Made by a program: the position numbers and the translations under genes | IMG/VR virus record: IMGVR_UViG_3300010389_000001 | Location: 168,534-232,533 of that record | Reading direction: 5' to 3' (one strand) | Length of the DNA: 64,000 bases | The notes under the pieces: model-generated | What the model was told of the DNA's origin: nothing | Database searches by the model: none | Seen by the model: only the letters and a program-made list of their open reading frames with translations | Part shown: positions 9,886 through 17,943 of the stretch, piece by piece | Layout: the number at the start of each line of letters is the position of its first letter | Position numbering within the stretch: the stretch's first letter is position 1

Positions 9886-10248
9886 TTGTTCGTAGTAAGG
9901 TTTTATAACAGAAATTTTAAAGATAATGAAGTCCTAAATAAGACTATAGCAAAATTATCATCTTTAGTAAAAAGCAAAAGAAAGTCAAAAACTAGAATAA
10001 TAAAAGATTCAAGTTGTGTCGAAATTATTTCTGGTAATTTAAATGCTTCTAATATAGAAGATGAAGTTATAGTTGAGCTTACTACGAAAAAGATTTTGAG
10101 GATCTCAAAAGAGCAGCTACAATCAAAGCATGAGTTAGACAGGTTTATTAGAGAGATCGAAAGCTTTTGCAATCAAGCGTCAGAAAGTGAAGAAGTTAAG
10201 TATTTGCCCTTAAACTTTAGGGAATTCAGGGATAAAAAAACAGATTAA
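9886..10248 (+). CDS. hypothetical protein (TTG start)
   Basis: GAGGTAGAGG directly upstream of TTG; fills the gap between co-oriented genes. Confidence 0.6.
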   Translation: MFVVRFYNRNFKDNEVLNKTIAKLSSLVKSKRKSKTRIIKDSSCVEIISGNLNASNIEDEVIVELTTKKILRISKEQLQSKHELDRFIREIESFCNQASESEEVKYLPLNFREFRDKKTD

Positions 10249-10265
10249 AGTAATCAGGGCTTGAA

Positions 10266-11072
10266 ATGATAGACGAACAAAATCTGCCGGGAACAGCGCT
10301 CAACGGCGATCACATTGTTTATTCAAGCTTTTTTGCTGATAATTTCGTAGTACAGCAGAGCGCAATAGTTCATCCAAAGGCGCTACTCATCGACGGTCTG
10401 AGAAAGATATTCCAAAATGACTCTGTCTTTACCTATCGCGATGACGAATTCGGGTATCCGCTAACGCCCGATCTAACTGGCCTGGATGTCGACTCAGAGC
10501 TAACAACAAAGATCCTCATATCTGATACGTTCAGGTATGAGGTAAAGTTTTTTCCTGCGATCCTGGTAAAGTCAAATGGCGGATCTTATAAGCCGCTCTC
10601 TTTCAATCAAAATATGACTTATAAGTATAGGACCGATGTGATAGAGAATGAGTATGGTGCCAGAAAAGTTTTCAGCACTCCAACTCATAGGGTCTATGCG
10701 GGAAGATGGGAGATGAGATTTGATGTTCAGATCTACTCCGAAAGTCAGGCCGAGCTTCAAGAGTTGACAGACATAGTTTCTCTCGCCTTGCAGTACTCTC
10801 TTTGGAATGAGCTTAGAGCAAATGGCCTTTTCATAAGCAGTCTATCAATCGGCGGCGAATCTGCCGAGCCATATGCTAATGATTATGTTTATAACAACAC
10901 AATATCATTGACGACATTATCCGAATGGAGAGTCGAAATTCCAATAGAAAATATTGTTGAAAAAATAGCATTTACACTAGAGCCAACCTGGACTCCAATA
11001 CCGGGCGTAAAAACGAATGGCGACTCATTATCGAGAAGGTTTAGTGAAATAGTTGATTTGACCGAAATTTAA
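10266..11072 (+). CDS. putative tail completion/terminator protein
   Basis: Lies immediately upstream of the sheath gene; pattern FPAILVKS...MRFDVQIYSESQAELQELTDIVSLAL resembles tail-terminator (gpU/gp15-like) proteins. Confidence 0.55.
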   Translation: MIDEQNLPGTALNGDHIVYSSFFADNFVVQQSAIVHPKALLIDGLRKIFQNDSVFTYRDDEFGYPLTPDLTGLDVDSELTTKILISDTFRYEVKFFPAILVKSNGGSYKPLSFNQNMTYKYRTDVIENEYGARKVFSTPTHRVYAGRWEMRFDVQIYSESQAELQELTDIVSLALQYSLWNELRANGLFISSLSIGGESAEPYANDYVYNNTISLTTLSEWRVEIPIENIVEKIAFTLEPTWTPIPGVKTNGDSLSRRFSEIVDLTEI

Positions 11073-11079
11073 AATGAAA

Positions 11080-11112
11080 CTACTAATAATAAACAATTTG
11101 ATGACATATAAT
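11080..11112 (+). promoter_or_regulatory. candidate promoter upstream of the sheath gene
   Basis: CTACTAATAATAAA (11080-11093) recurs with 13/14 identity at 51607-51620; TATAAT at 11107-11112; SD GGAGG before ATG 11131. Confidence 0.4.
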
Positions 11113-11130
11113 ATATGCGGAGGATTTTAA

Positions 11131-14100
11131 ATGGCTAACATACCTGGAGTATCAGGATTTATACAGCCCGGAGCTTTTGCCAGAGATAGAGTTATCTCCA
11201 GGGGCGTGTCTATTCCTGGTGGAATTAGAATAGTTTGTATTATGGGTGAAGGCCTTAGAGAAGAGACCATCATTGAGTCAGCCGCTGGCTTGGGTCAGGA
11301 TGGAAGCGCTGATTGCAGCCCTACCGGCTCCGCTGATGGAAGGTTCTTTAGACTCCAGAATTGGCCGGTTGTAAGCGGCAGAACAGAGCTTAGGCTAAAT
11401 GGAACTCTTCTTTTTGGAAAAGAGGAGGAGATCGATGCCTCTGGTTTAGCTTCTCCGTTTGACTTTAGACTTGATCCAGAGACTGGCTGCATAGAGCTTA
11501 GAGGAGCTTCTATAGGCGACCAGGATGGAAAGGGCTTCTCTGCTTCCTCTTCAAATATCGGAACAGGAATTATCGTTGAGAATGATGACTGTGATCCGCT
11601 TGTTACACTCGATATCTTGGATGACTCCGCGCCAAGTGAGAGATGGACAATCAAGTGCGTATCTGTAGTCAGAGATTCTAACGGCGACCCCATTCCTGGC
11701 CTGTCAACTTTCACGGCAACGGGCTCTGTCTCCGGCCAGATCTACGACGACTCAGGCGCTCCAATAACATTCACGAGCGGTTACTTCACTAGTAACGCTG
11801 GTGCGGTATCTGGAAATGTATCAGAGTGCGATGACGGCTTTACGGTCGCCTATGGTGACATCTCAGGCTCAGCCTTCCCACAGGGCCTCGTCAAGATTAG
11901 AGAGGGCGATACCTCTCTTGATACATCAAATACATTTATTGTCCCTGGAGCAGATCTTGTTTCACAGGGTCAGGCTCTTCCTGGCGATTTCCTTTGTCTC
12001 GATGGCTATGCGGGTCATGAGATCGAGTCAATTGACTATGACGGCAGCGACACCACTATCACGGTTATAAGCGACAGCCTTGGTCCTGCAGATCCTGCAT
12101 GGGGTGAGGAGCCTGACGACGCTCTCGATTGGACGATTAAGGCTACAAACATCTTAATCGATGACGACTCAGTAGCTCATGATGAGATTACTGGCGAGCC
12201 TGCATCAGAGGGAAGCTTCTCTTCCGGCGATATCGGCAAGACGGTTCTAATTTGCCCCGGCGGAGCTTTCGGCGGTGGCAGATTTGTTATAACGGATGTA
12301 ACTTCAACAAGAAGAGTTCGCTTAGTATCACTAGAGGATGATAGCGTATCATTTGAAGACCTAGAGGGTCTGGGCGCTACCGGCCTTGGTGCTACTGGCC
12401 TTACATTCCATCTGCTTCAGAACAACGGCCTGCTTCTTCTTGGAATTCAAGAGGGCGGAACAGCCTTTGAGGTTGGCGATAAGTTCTTTGTTGATGTAAG
12501 CTCAAGAGCATTAGCTCAGGGCGACAATCTGGTTGCCAAGTATATCTACGAGTTGGACCTAAATGATCCTCAGTTCTTTACTGAGGCAAACGATCTATTC
12601 CTAAAGCACGGACTTGTATCAGAGGAGAACACACTATCCCTGGGTGCTCAGCTGGCGCTTGAGAACGGAGCGCCTGGCGTGCTAGCAGTACAGTGTAAGC
12701 CGGCCGTTCCAAGAAGAACGTCCGTAACCCTCCTAGAAGAAAGAGATTCTCTCGGAAATGGTGGATTCTCTGCATGTTATGATGCCGGCACTGAGTCAGC
12801 AGATGCATGTGAGGTCGATGATCTCAGATTCGTTATCCCGAGACCAACGGAGGGCCTTAGAAACGGCCGTCCCGATCCGGATTCCAGAGTCAACATTTTT
12901 GTTGTAAGAGATGGAGCAGAAACTCAGGTATTCCCTAACAAGGTTGCTTTCTATAACTCCCAGCTTGAGACAGATATCCAGCAGGGTCAGTGGATTGCAA
13001 GCTCTGACAATGCATTCTCTTACACAATTGTAAATTCAGAGACAGATATTCTTGCGAGCGGCGATAACGGAACACTCGATGTCGAGTCTGGCAGAGAATA
13101 CTTTACAACTCCAGAGATTGATTTCGACGGAGCAAATGTCGGCGACGTAATTGTCATAACGAGCATGGAAGATGCCTCTGGAACAGTATACACTTCAGTC
13201 GAAGAAATATCTGAGCAGCTATTCGGAGTAGCTCTCCTAGTGCCTTCAGTCGAGCTTCTGATTGATTCAGTTCAGGATGACTCATTGGTTTACGTTTCAG
13301 CAGAGAATGGCGAAACGCTAAATCTATTAAGCTCTTACTCAGACATCCAGTTCTTTGTAAAGGACCCTGCAAATACCAACGCAGACGATGCCTCACTCCT
13401 TCTGCACCGCGACCTAGTATCCAGCGGAGTAATCAGAGAGGGTGATGGAATCAGAATCTCCTATGTAGATGAGAACGATGCAGACTTCTTCGATACAAAT
13501 TGGTTTGAGGCACTTGAAGCACTTGAGGCTTCAGAGGCACAGATTGTTGTACCGCTTCCGAACCAGGCTATTTCATCAATCTTTAGAGCTACTGTAAACC
13601 ACTGTGAAAACATGAGTTCTATTGTAAATAGAAAGGAAAGAGTTGCATTTATTGGAGCCCAGAGAGGAGTTACTCCGGCCGCATTGATTGGAACTGAAGA
13701 AGTTGCTGTTGAAGATATCGGTATAATTGAGGGAATTCAGGGAGATGATCCGGAAGAGGTTCTCGCAGGAAATACCGAAGACCTAGTCAACTTTAAGTTA
13801 AGCGATAATTACACCAGCAACAGATGCGTCTATCTCTACCCAGATGAGATCGTAAGAAATGTAAATGGAACAAATGTTTCTCTGCATGGATTCTACGCAG
13901 CTGCAGCTGCCGCAGGATATCTTTCTGCAAGACAGAATGTTGCAATACCTCTGACGAACAAGGTTCTTTCTGGATTCTCACTAACCAGAGATAAGATCTT
14001 TAGACCGATTATACAGAATCAGCTTGGCGCCGTTGGAGCTACCCTGCTTCAGCCTGTAGCGGGCGGCGGAAGAGTTCTCGCAGGAAGAACTACCAGCCAG

Positions 14101-14406
14101 TCAGGGTTCGTAGAGGACGAGGAGATCTCAATTATATTCATCAGGGATTTCGTAAAGAGAGCGTTGAGAAACTCTCTTGCAGGCTTTATCGGCGGAGTCC
14201 AGAACCCCGACGTAAATCTTCTTATATCACAGAGAACAAGATCAATTATGTCAGGGCTGGTAAGCCAGGGCCTCGTAACCGTCTTTGACAACATTAAGGT
14301 TGAGCAAGATAAGGTTGACCCAAGGCAGATAAATGTGTTCCTCCGATTTACACCGGCGTACCCCATTAACTACGTATTCATCGACATTGAGGTCGGCATA
14401 ATCTAA
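11131..14406 (+). CDS. contractile tail sheath protein (enlarged, 1091 aa)
   Basis: N-terminus PGVSGFIQPGAFARD and C-terminal sheath signature (EEISIIFIRDFVKRALR...VEQDKVDPRQINVFLRFTPAYPINYVFIDIEV); strong SD; upstream of a tube gene. Confidence 0.9.
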   Translation: MANIPGVSGFIQPGAFARDRVISRGVSIPGGIRIVCIMGEGLREETIIESAAGLGQDGSADCSPTGSADGRFFRLQNWPVVSGRTELRLNGTLLFGKEEEIDASGLASPFDFRLDPETGCIELRGASIGDQDGKGFSASSSNIGTGIIVENDDCDPLVTLDILDDSAPSERWTIKCVSVVRDSNGDPIPGLSTFTATGSVSGQIYDDSGAPITFTSGYFTSNAGAVSGNVSECDDGFTVAYGDISGSAFPQGLVKIREGDTSLDTSNTFIVPGADLVSQGQALPGDFLCLDGYAGHEIESIDYDGSDTTITVISDSLGPADPAWGEEPDDALDWTIKATNILIDDDSVAHDEITGEPASEGSFSSGDIGKTVLICPGGAFGGGRFVITDVTSTRRVRLVSLEDDSVSFEDLEGLGATGLGATGLTFHLLQNNGLLLLGIQEGGTAFEVGDKFFVDVSSRALAQGDNLVAKYIYELDLNDPQFFTEANDLFLKHGLVSEENTLSLGAQLALENGAPGVLAVQCKPAVPRRTSVTLLEERDSLGNGGFSACYDAGTESADACEVDDLRFVIPRPTEGLRNGRPDPDSRVNIFVVRDGAETQVFPNKVAFYNSQLETDIQQGQWIASSDNAFSYTIVNSETDILASGDNGTLDVESGREYFTTPEIDFDGANVGDVIVITSMEDASGTVYTSVEEISEQLFGVALLVPSVELLIDSVQDDSLVYVSAENGETLNLLSSYSDIQFFVKDPANTNADDASLLLHRDLVSSGVIREGDGIRISYVDENDADFFDTNWFEALEALEASEAQIVVPLPNQAISSIFRATVNHCENMSSIVNRKERVAFIGAQRGVTPAALIGTEEVAVEDIGIIEGIQGDDPEEVLAGNTEDLVNFKLSDNYTSNRCVYLYPDEIVRNVNGTNVSLHGFYAAAAAAGYLSARQNVAIPLTNKVLSGFSLTRDKIFRPIIQNQLGAVGATLLQPVAGGGRVLAGRTTSQSGFVEDEEISIIFIRDFVKRALRNSLAGFIGGVQNPDVNLLISQRTRSIMSGLVSQGLVTVFDNIKVEQDKVDPRQINVFLRFTPAYPINYVFIDIEVGII

Positions 14407-14429
14407 AAAAACATTCCATATTTTTGGAT

Positions 14430-14467
14430 CCCCCCGGTACAATAGTGCCAGGGGGTTTTTTTGTTTT
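14430..14467 (+). terminator. intrinsic terminator after the sheath gene, overlapping the start signals of the next gene
   Basis: CCCCCCGGTAC-AATA-GTGCCAGGGGG stem-loop followed by TTTTTTTGTTTT. Confidence 0.75.
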
Positions 14468-16206
14468 ACGCAAAATGTTACGAATGCAATTCCAAGATGG
14501 AATATGCAAGAAAAAACGCTGCAGCTAGAGCTGAAAAAAACAAGATAGTATGCAAGACCTGTAAGAAAAGAAAAAAGGAAGCAAGAGAGAGGGCTTGCCC
14601 ATCTTGTAGTTGCCCTATAATATACAAGACATATGCCGGCTTTAAAAAGGGCGAGGAAAGTGATGCGCTATGCCCTTCTTGTGCAAAGCTTACACAATAT
14701 GAAGCTAGGCATTCAATTAAATGCTCAGAGTGTTCGGGGACACACTTTGTAAAGAGAGAAGAAACTTTAAAGAAAATGAGCAAAATGAGTCAGCCTTTTA
14801 TCTGCGGAAGCTGCAAGAAAAAGGCCAGACTAAGCATTGTTTACTCTAGAGATTGCGTAACTTGCGGTAAAAGCATAACTTATAAGAACAAATATAATTA
14901 TAATGCATCAATTAAAAGAAGCAAAAAAGCAAGGTGCGCTTCCTGCGCTCGCACGAATGGCTTCGTACTTCCCATGGAAAGGCCATGTCCAAAATGTAAT
15001 AAGATTATTCATTATAAAACAAAAGATAGCTGCGCGAGAGCCAATAAGCATGACTCGTTCTGCAAGTCCTGCGCACTGTCCGGAAGAATGCCTTCCGATC
15101 GAGCAATTGAGGCTGCGAGAAAAGCAAGGATCGGCAGAGTTGCCTCTCCTGAGGAGCTTAAAAGAAAGGAGGCAACTCTTCTTGAGAAATATGGGGCAAA
15201 AAGCTACCTTGGAACTGACGCTCACAGAAGGATGATGGTTGATTCTGGAGCGTGGAAAGACTATGACGGAAAAACAATAAAGCAAATAGCTAATGAAAAT
15301 GGTCTTCCAGAAAGCGTTCATTCTTCTCTATACAAATGGGTTGCAAGCTCTGATGAAATAAGCTATGATGATATAGCAGAATATTGCAGCAGTTATGAGA
15401 AGAAAATAAGCAACCTAGAAAATCTGGCGTCATTAGCCCTTGGCATCGATCATTTTAATAAAAAAATAAGTGAAGAATTGCCCTATAGGCCAGACTTTAA
15501 GATAAGTGATAAAATATTTTTAAATGTCGATGGCCTTTACTGGCATTCGGAACTTCACTCCGATAGGAAATATCATTTTGATATGAGGAAGAGTTATGAG
15601 GAAGCTGGCCTTAGGATAATTCAGTTCAGAGAAGACGAAGTTAATAAAAAAATGCATATTATCAAATCTATGATAGATAATGCTAGCGGACTTATTAAGA
15701 GTAAGATAGGCGCCAGAAAGTGTAAGATCGCCAAGCCTACGACCGATGAGGCAGAGTCTTTTCTGAGAGAGAACCACATCAAGGGCTACATTACATCGAG
15801 GCATTTGGGCTTATATTATAATGATCAGCTTGTTTCGCTAATGTCGTATAAGCTAAGAAAATCATATGTAAAAATAGACAGATTCTGCTCTAAGGCCGGC
15901 TGGTCTGTGCAGGGAGGGTTCTCTAGATTATTCAAAGAGGTTGAGAGGCAAAATGATCAAGATCTGCCGATTCATTATTGGGTTGATCTCAGATATGGCA
16001 CTGGAGACTTTCTTTTAAGCCAAGGCTTTAAACTTGAAAAAGAAACCCTTGGATGGGAATGGACCGACTTTAAAAAGACTCATAATAGGCTTAAGTGCAG
16101 GGCAAATATGGATGATAGATGCCTCTCTCAGTCGGAGCATGCAAAAGAGCTGGGATTATTTAAAATATATGATGCAGGCCAAAGACTTTACATCAAAAAT
16201 AAATAA
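14461..16206 (+). CDS. free-standing homing-endonuclease-like protein (Zn-ribbon repeats, DUF559/VSR-like nuclease, Hef-like/GNAT-like C-terminal domain)
   Basis: Ten CxxC motifs in the first ~205 aa; NUMOD3-like SGRMPSDRAIEAARKARIG; nuclease core YRPDF...LNVDGLYWHS...GLRIIQFREDE; C-terminal IGARKCKI...FLRENHIKG...RFCS...GGFSRL...IYDAGQ. Basic composition, unlike the acidic flanking tail genes. TTG start inferred; the alternative is ATG 14497. Confidence 0.7.
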   Translation: MFYAKCYECNSKMEYARKNAAARAEKNKIVCKTCKKRKKEARERACPSCSCPIIYKTYAGFKKGEESDALCPSCAKLTQYEARHSIKCSECSGTHFVKREETLKKMSKMSQPFICGSCKKKARLSIVYSRDCVTCGKSITYKNKYNYNASIKRSKKARCASCARTNGFVLPMERPCPKCNKIIHYKTKDSCARANKHDSFCKSCALSGRMPSDRAIEAARKARIGRVASPEELKRKEATLLEKYGAKSYLGTDAHRRMMVDSGAWKDYDGKTIKQIANENGLPESVHSSLYKWVASSDEISYDDIAEYCSSYEKKISNLENLASLALGIDHFNKKISEELPYRPDFKISDKIFLNVDGLYWHSELHSDRKYHFDMRKSYEEAGLRIIQFREDEVNKKMHIIKSMIDNASGLIKSKIGARKCKIAKPTTDEAESFLRENHIKGYITSRHLGLYYNDQLVSLMSYKLRKSYVKIDRFCSKAGWSVQGGFSRLFKEVERQNDQDLPIHYWVDLRYGTGDFLLSQGFKLEKETLGWEWTDFKKTHNRLKCRANMDDRCLSQSEHAKELGLFKIYDAGQRLYIKNK

Positions 16207-16307
16207 TTTATATGAATATATTTTTGATGTAACAAATATCATTTTCTATTTATAATTATTTTATAGTAGATAAGCCTAGTTTCATCAACCTTAATTAGGA
16301 GAATATA

Positions 16308-16937
16308 ATGGCCGAATATCCAAATACAGGCACCATTTTTGATAATCCAGATAATGGCAGTAAAACAAGAACTGGCCTATCTACTCAGATTGTCGTCTAT
16401 GTAGAGGGCGAGCCGGTTGGTGCGATACAGTCCTTTAACGAAAGTCAGAACCGAAGCGTAAAGCCTATTTCTGAGGTCGGAACGGATGGCGTTATTGAGC
16501 TGGTGCCTAACCAGCCTGCAAAGATATCGCTTACCATCAACCGAATCGTGTTCGATGGCCTTTCTCTTCCGGAGGCTTTCTCAAGAGGATATCGCAACAT
16601 CCACGCTCAGAGAATACCTTTTGACATCGTTGTAATAGATAAATTTACTGGAGACGGAGATAACGCCGTAGTTACAACTTACCATAACTGCTTCTTTACG
16701 CAGCTTGGAAAGAACTACACTGTAAATGATTATACGATTCAAGAGAACGCAAGCGTTACAGCAGAGTTTATGTCATCCACGAGAGCTGGGGGCCCCGTTG
16801 CCGATAGCCAGGGCGTATCTGGCGCCAGAGAGATTCCTGGAAGACAGACAGATTCAGTGGAGCAGTCTGCAGATACCGGCGTAAGACGCGGCCCGCTTGA
16901 CTTCTCAGGGCTAATCTCCGCTGCATACGGCAGCTAA
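16308..16937 (+). CDS. tail tube protein
   Basis: Follows the sheath; SD AGGAG; motif IVVYVEGEPVGAIQSF...EVGTDGVIELVP...PFDIVVIDK...TYHNCFF...YTIQENASVTAE matches contractile-tail tube proteins. Confidence 0.85.
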   Translation: MAEYPNTGTIFDNPDNGSKTRTGLSTQIVVYVEGEPVGAIQSFNESQNRSVKPISEVGTDGVIELVPNQPAKISLTINRIVFDGLSLPEAFSRGYRNIHAQRIPFDIVVIDKFTGDGDNAVVTTYHNCFFTQLGKNYTVNDYTIQENASVTAEFMSSTRAGGPVADSQGVSGAREIPGRQTDSVEQSADTGVRRGPLDFSGLISAAYGS

Positions 16938-16959
16938 TTTTAGCAATAAATATTTACTG

Positions 16960-16993
16960 AAAAGCACCATCTTAGCATGGTGCTTTTTCTTTA
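16960..16993 (+). terminator. intrinsic terminator after the tail tube gene
   Basis: Perfect inverted repeat AAAAGCACCAT-CTTAGC-ATGGTGCTTTT followed by a T-rich tract. Confidence 0.85.
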
Positions 16994-16998
16994 TGCGG

Positions 16999-17004
16999 TA
17001 TAAT
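16999..17004 (+). promoter_or_regulatory. candidate -10 element for the chaperone/tape-measure genes
   Basis: TATAAT just after the terminator and upstream of SD AGGAG and ATG 17024; no convincing -35. Confidence 0.35.
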
Positions 17005-17023
17005 ATCCTAAATAGGAGTAACT

Positions 17024-17509
17024 ATGCCAAAGGTTAGAGCCAGTTTGTCTGATGGTAACCGCATGGAAGAAATGCAGGAGCTTTTATCACCAGAGGCTAA
17101 CGCCGAAGAGGATAGCGGTGATGTGGATCCCGCCAAAATTTCTGACCTAAAGAACCTGATTCTTCTAGGCAAATTAACAGAGACTGTAAGGATTGGTGGG
17201 TTTAGCTTTGAGCTATCAACTTTATCTGCAAATGAGCAAGCAGAAGTAATGAAGACTCTAATGAAGGCAGAAGAAATGGATAGGGTTCTGCATTCAAAGT
17301 CTATTGCAATCTCCTATTGTATAAAGAAAATAAACTCTGTACCCCTCTCTGAGCTTGCCGCTGAGCACCCCGGCGATAGCGAGGATGAAAGAAGAGTTGC
17401 CTTTGTACTGGATATGCAGACCACTTTGGTTGAGAAGATATTTACAGAGTATGAAGCTCTAGTCGCAAGGTCAGGACAAGAAGTAGGTTTTGATTCTGTA
17501 AAAAAATAG
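17024..17509 (+). CDS. tail assembly chaperone (gpG-like)
   Basis: Between tube and tape measure; 161 aa, acidic and helical; ends GTA AAA AAA TAG. Confidence 0.75.
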   Translation: MPKVRASLSDGNRMEEMQELLSPEANAEEDSGDVDPAKISDLKNLILLGKLTETVRIGGFSFELSTLSANEQAEVMKTLMKAEEMDRVLHSKSIAISYCIKKINSVPLSELAAEHPGDSEDERRVAFVLDMQTTLVEKIFTEYEALVARSGQEVGFDSVKK

Positions 17510-17943
17510 CAGCGGAGCCATACCACAGGCTCCGCTGGAAGTTATGCAAAATATGGGGCTGCAAAGTTGATGATCCAATCTTTAATGATATCAACAATGC
17601 CCAGTGGGCTTGGTACGCAAGCATGGTTGCTGCAGATCAGAAGGAAACTTATGATCTTTATCTAGACTTCTCTGAATATTTGGCTTCTTTCTGGAATGCA
17701 GAGGCTGTGCAAAAGATTAAGAGTTCAAGAGTAAGGCCCGAAGATCAAGGGTTCGCATCCGATGAGGAATTCGAAGAACAGGTGCTAACAGGAGCATTTA
17801 AGGAAAATGATATTGTTAAGGCTATAAAAGATAAGTATAAAAATACTAATTTAGCTGATAATAATATGGGCTCCAAGGAAAGAACGAGAAGACTGCCGAA
17901 GGACCTATCTGGGATCAGGGATTTATTCGGAGATAGCGACTAA
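17024..17943 (+). CDS. tail assembly chaperone frameshift product (gpGT-like, ~306 aa); includes the tracked ORF 17623..17943
   Basis: The -1 frame from 17506 reads IAAEPYHRLRWKLCKIWGCKVDDPIFNDINNAQWAWYAS and joins MVAADQKETY... without a stop; ATG 17623 has no SD; the stop overlaps the tape-measure start. Confidence 0.8.
17500..17537 (+). promoter_or_regulatory. programmed -1 ribosomal frameshift signal
   Basis: Slippery heptamer A AAA AAA (17500-17506) in frame before TAG, then a perfect 10-bp stem CAGCGGAGCC (17510-17519) / GGCTCCGCTG (17528-17537) with an 8-nt loop; the -1 frame is open through to 17943. Confidence 0.85.

Noticed and set aside
14251-14442. Plus-strand alternative-frame ORF overlapping the sheath 3' end, and similar small alternative-frame ORFs (1724, 5234, 11801, 16034, 34629, 48068, 61012)
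   Set aside because: Nested in established genes, with no RBS or recognisable product.
17623-17943. Independent 106-aa gene
   Set aside because: No SD, and the frame is open back to the slippery site; better explained as the frameshift extension.
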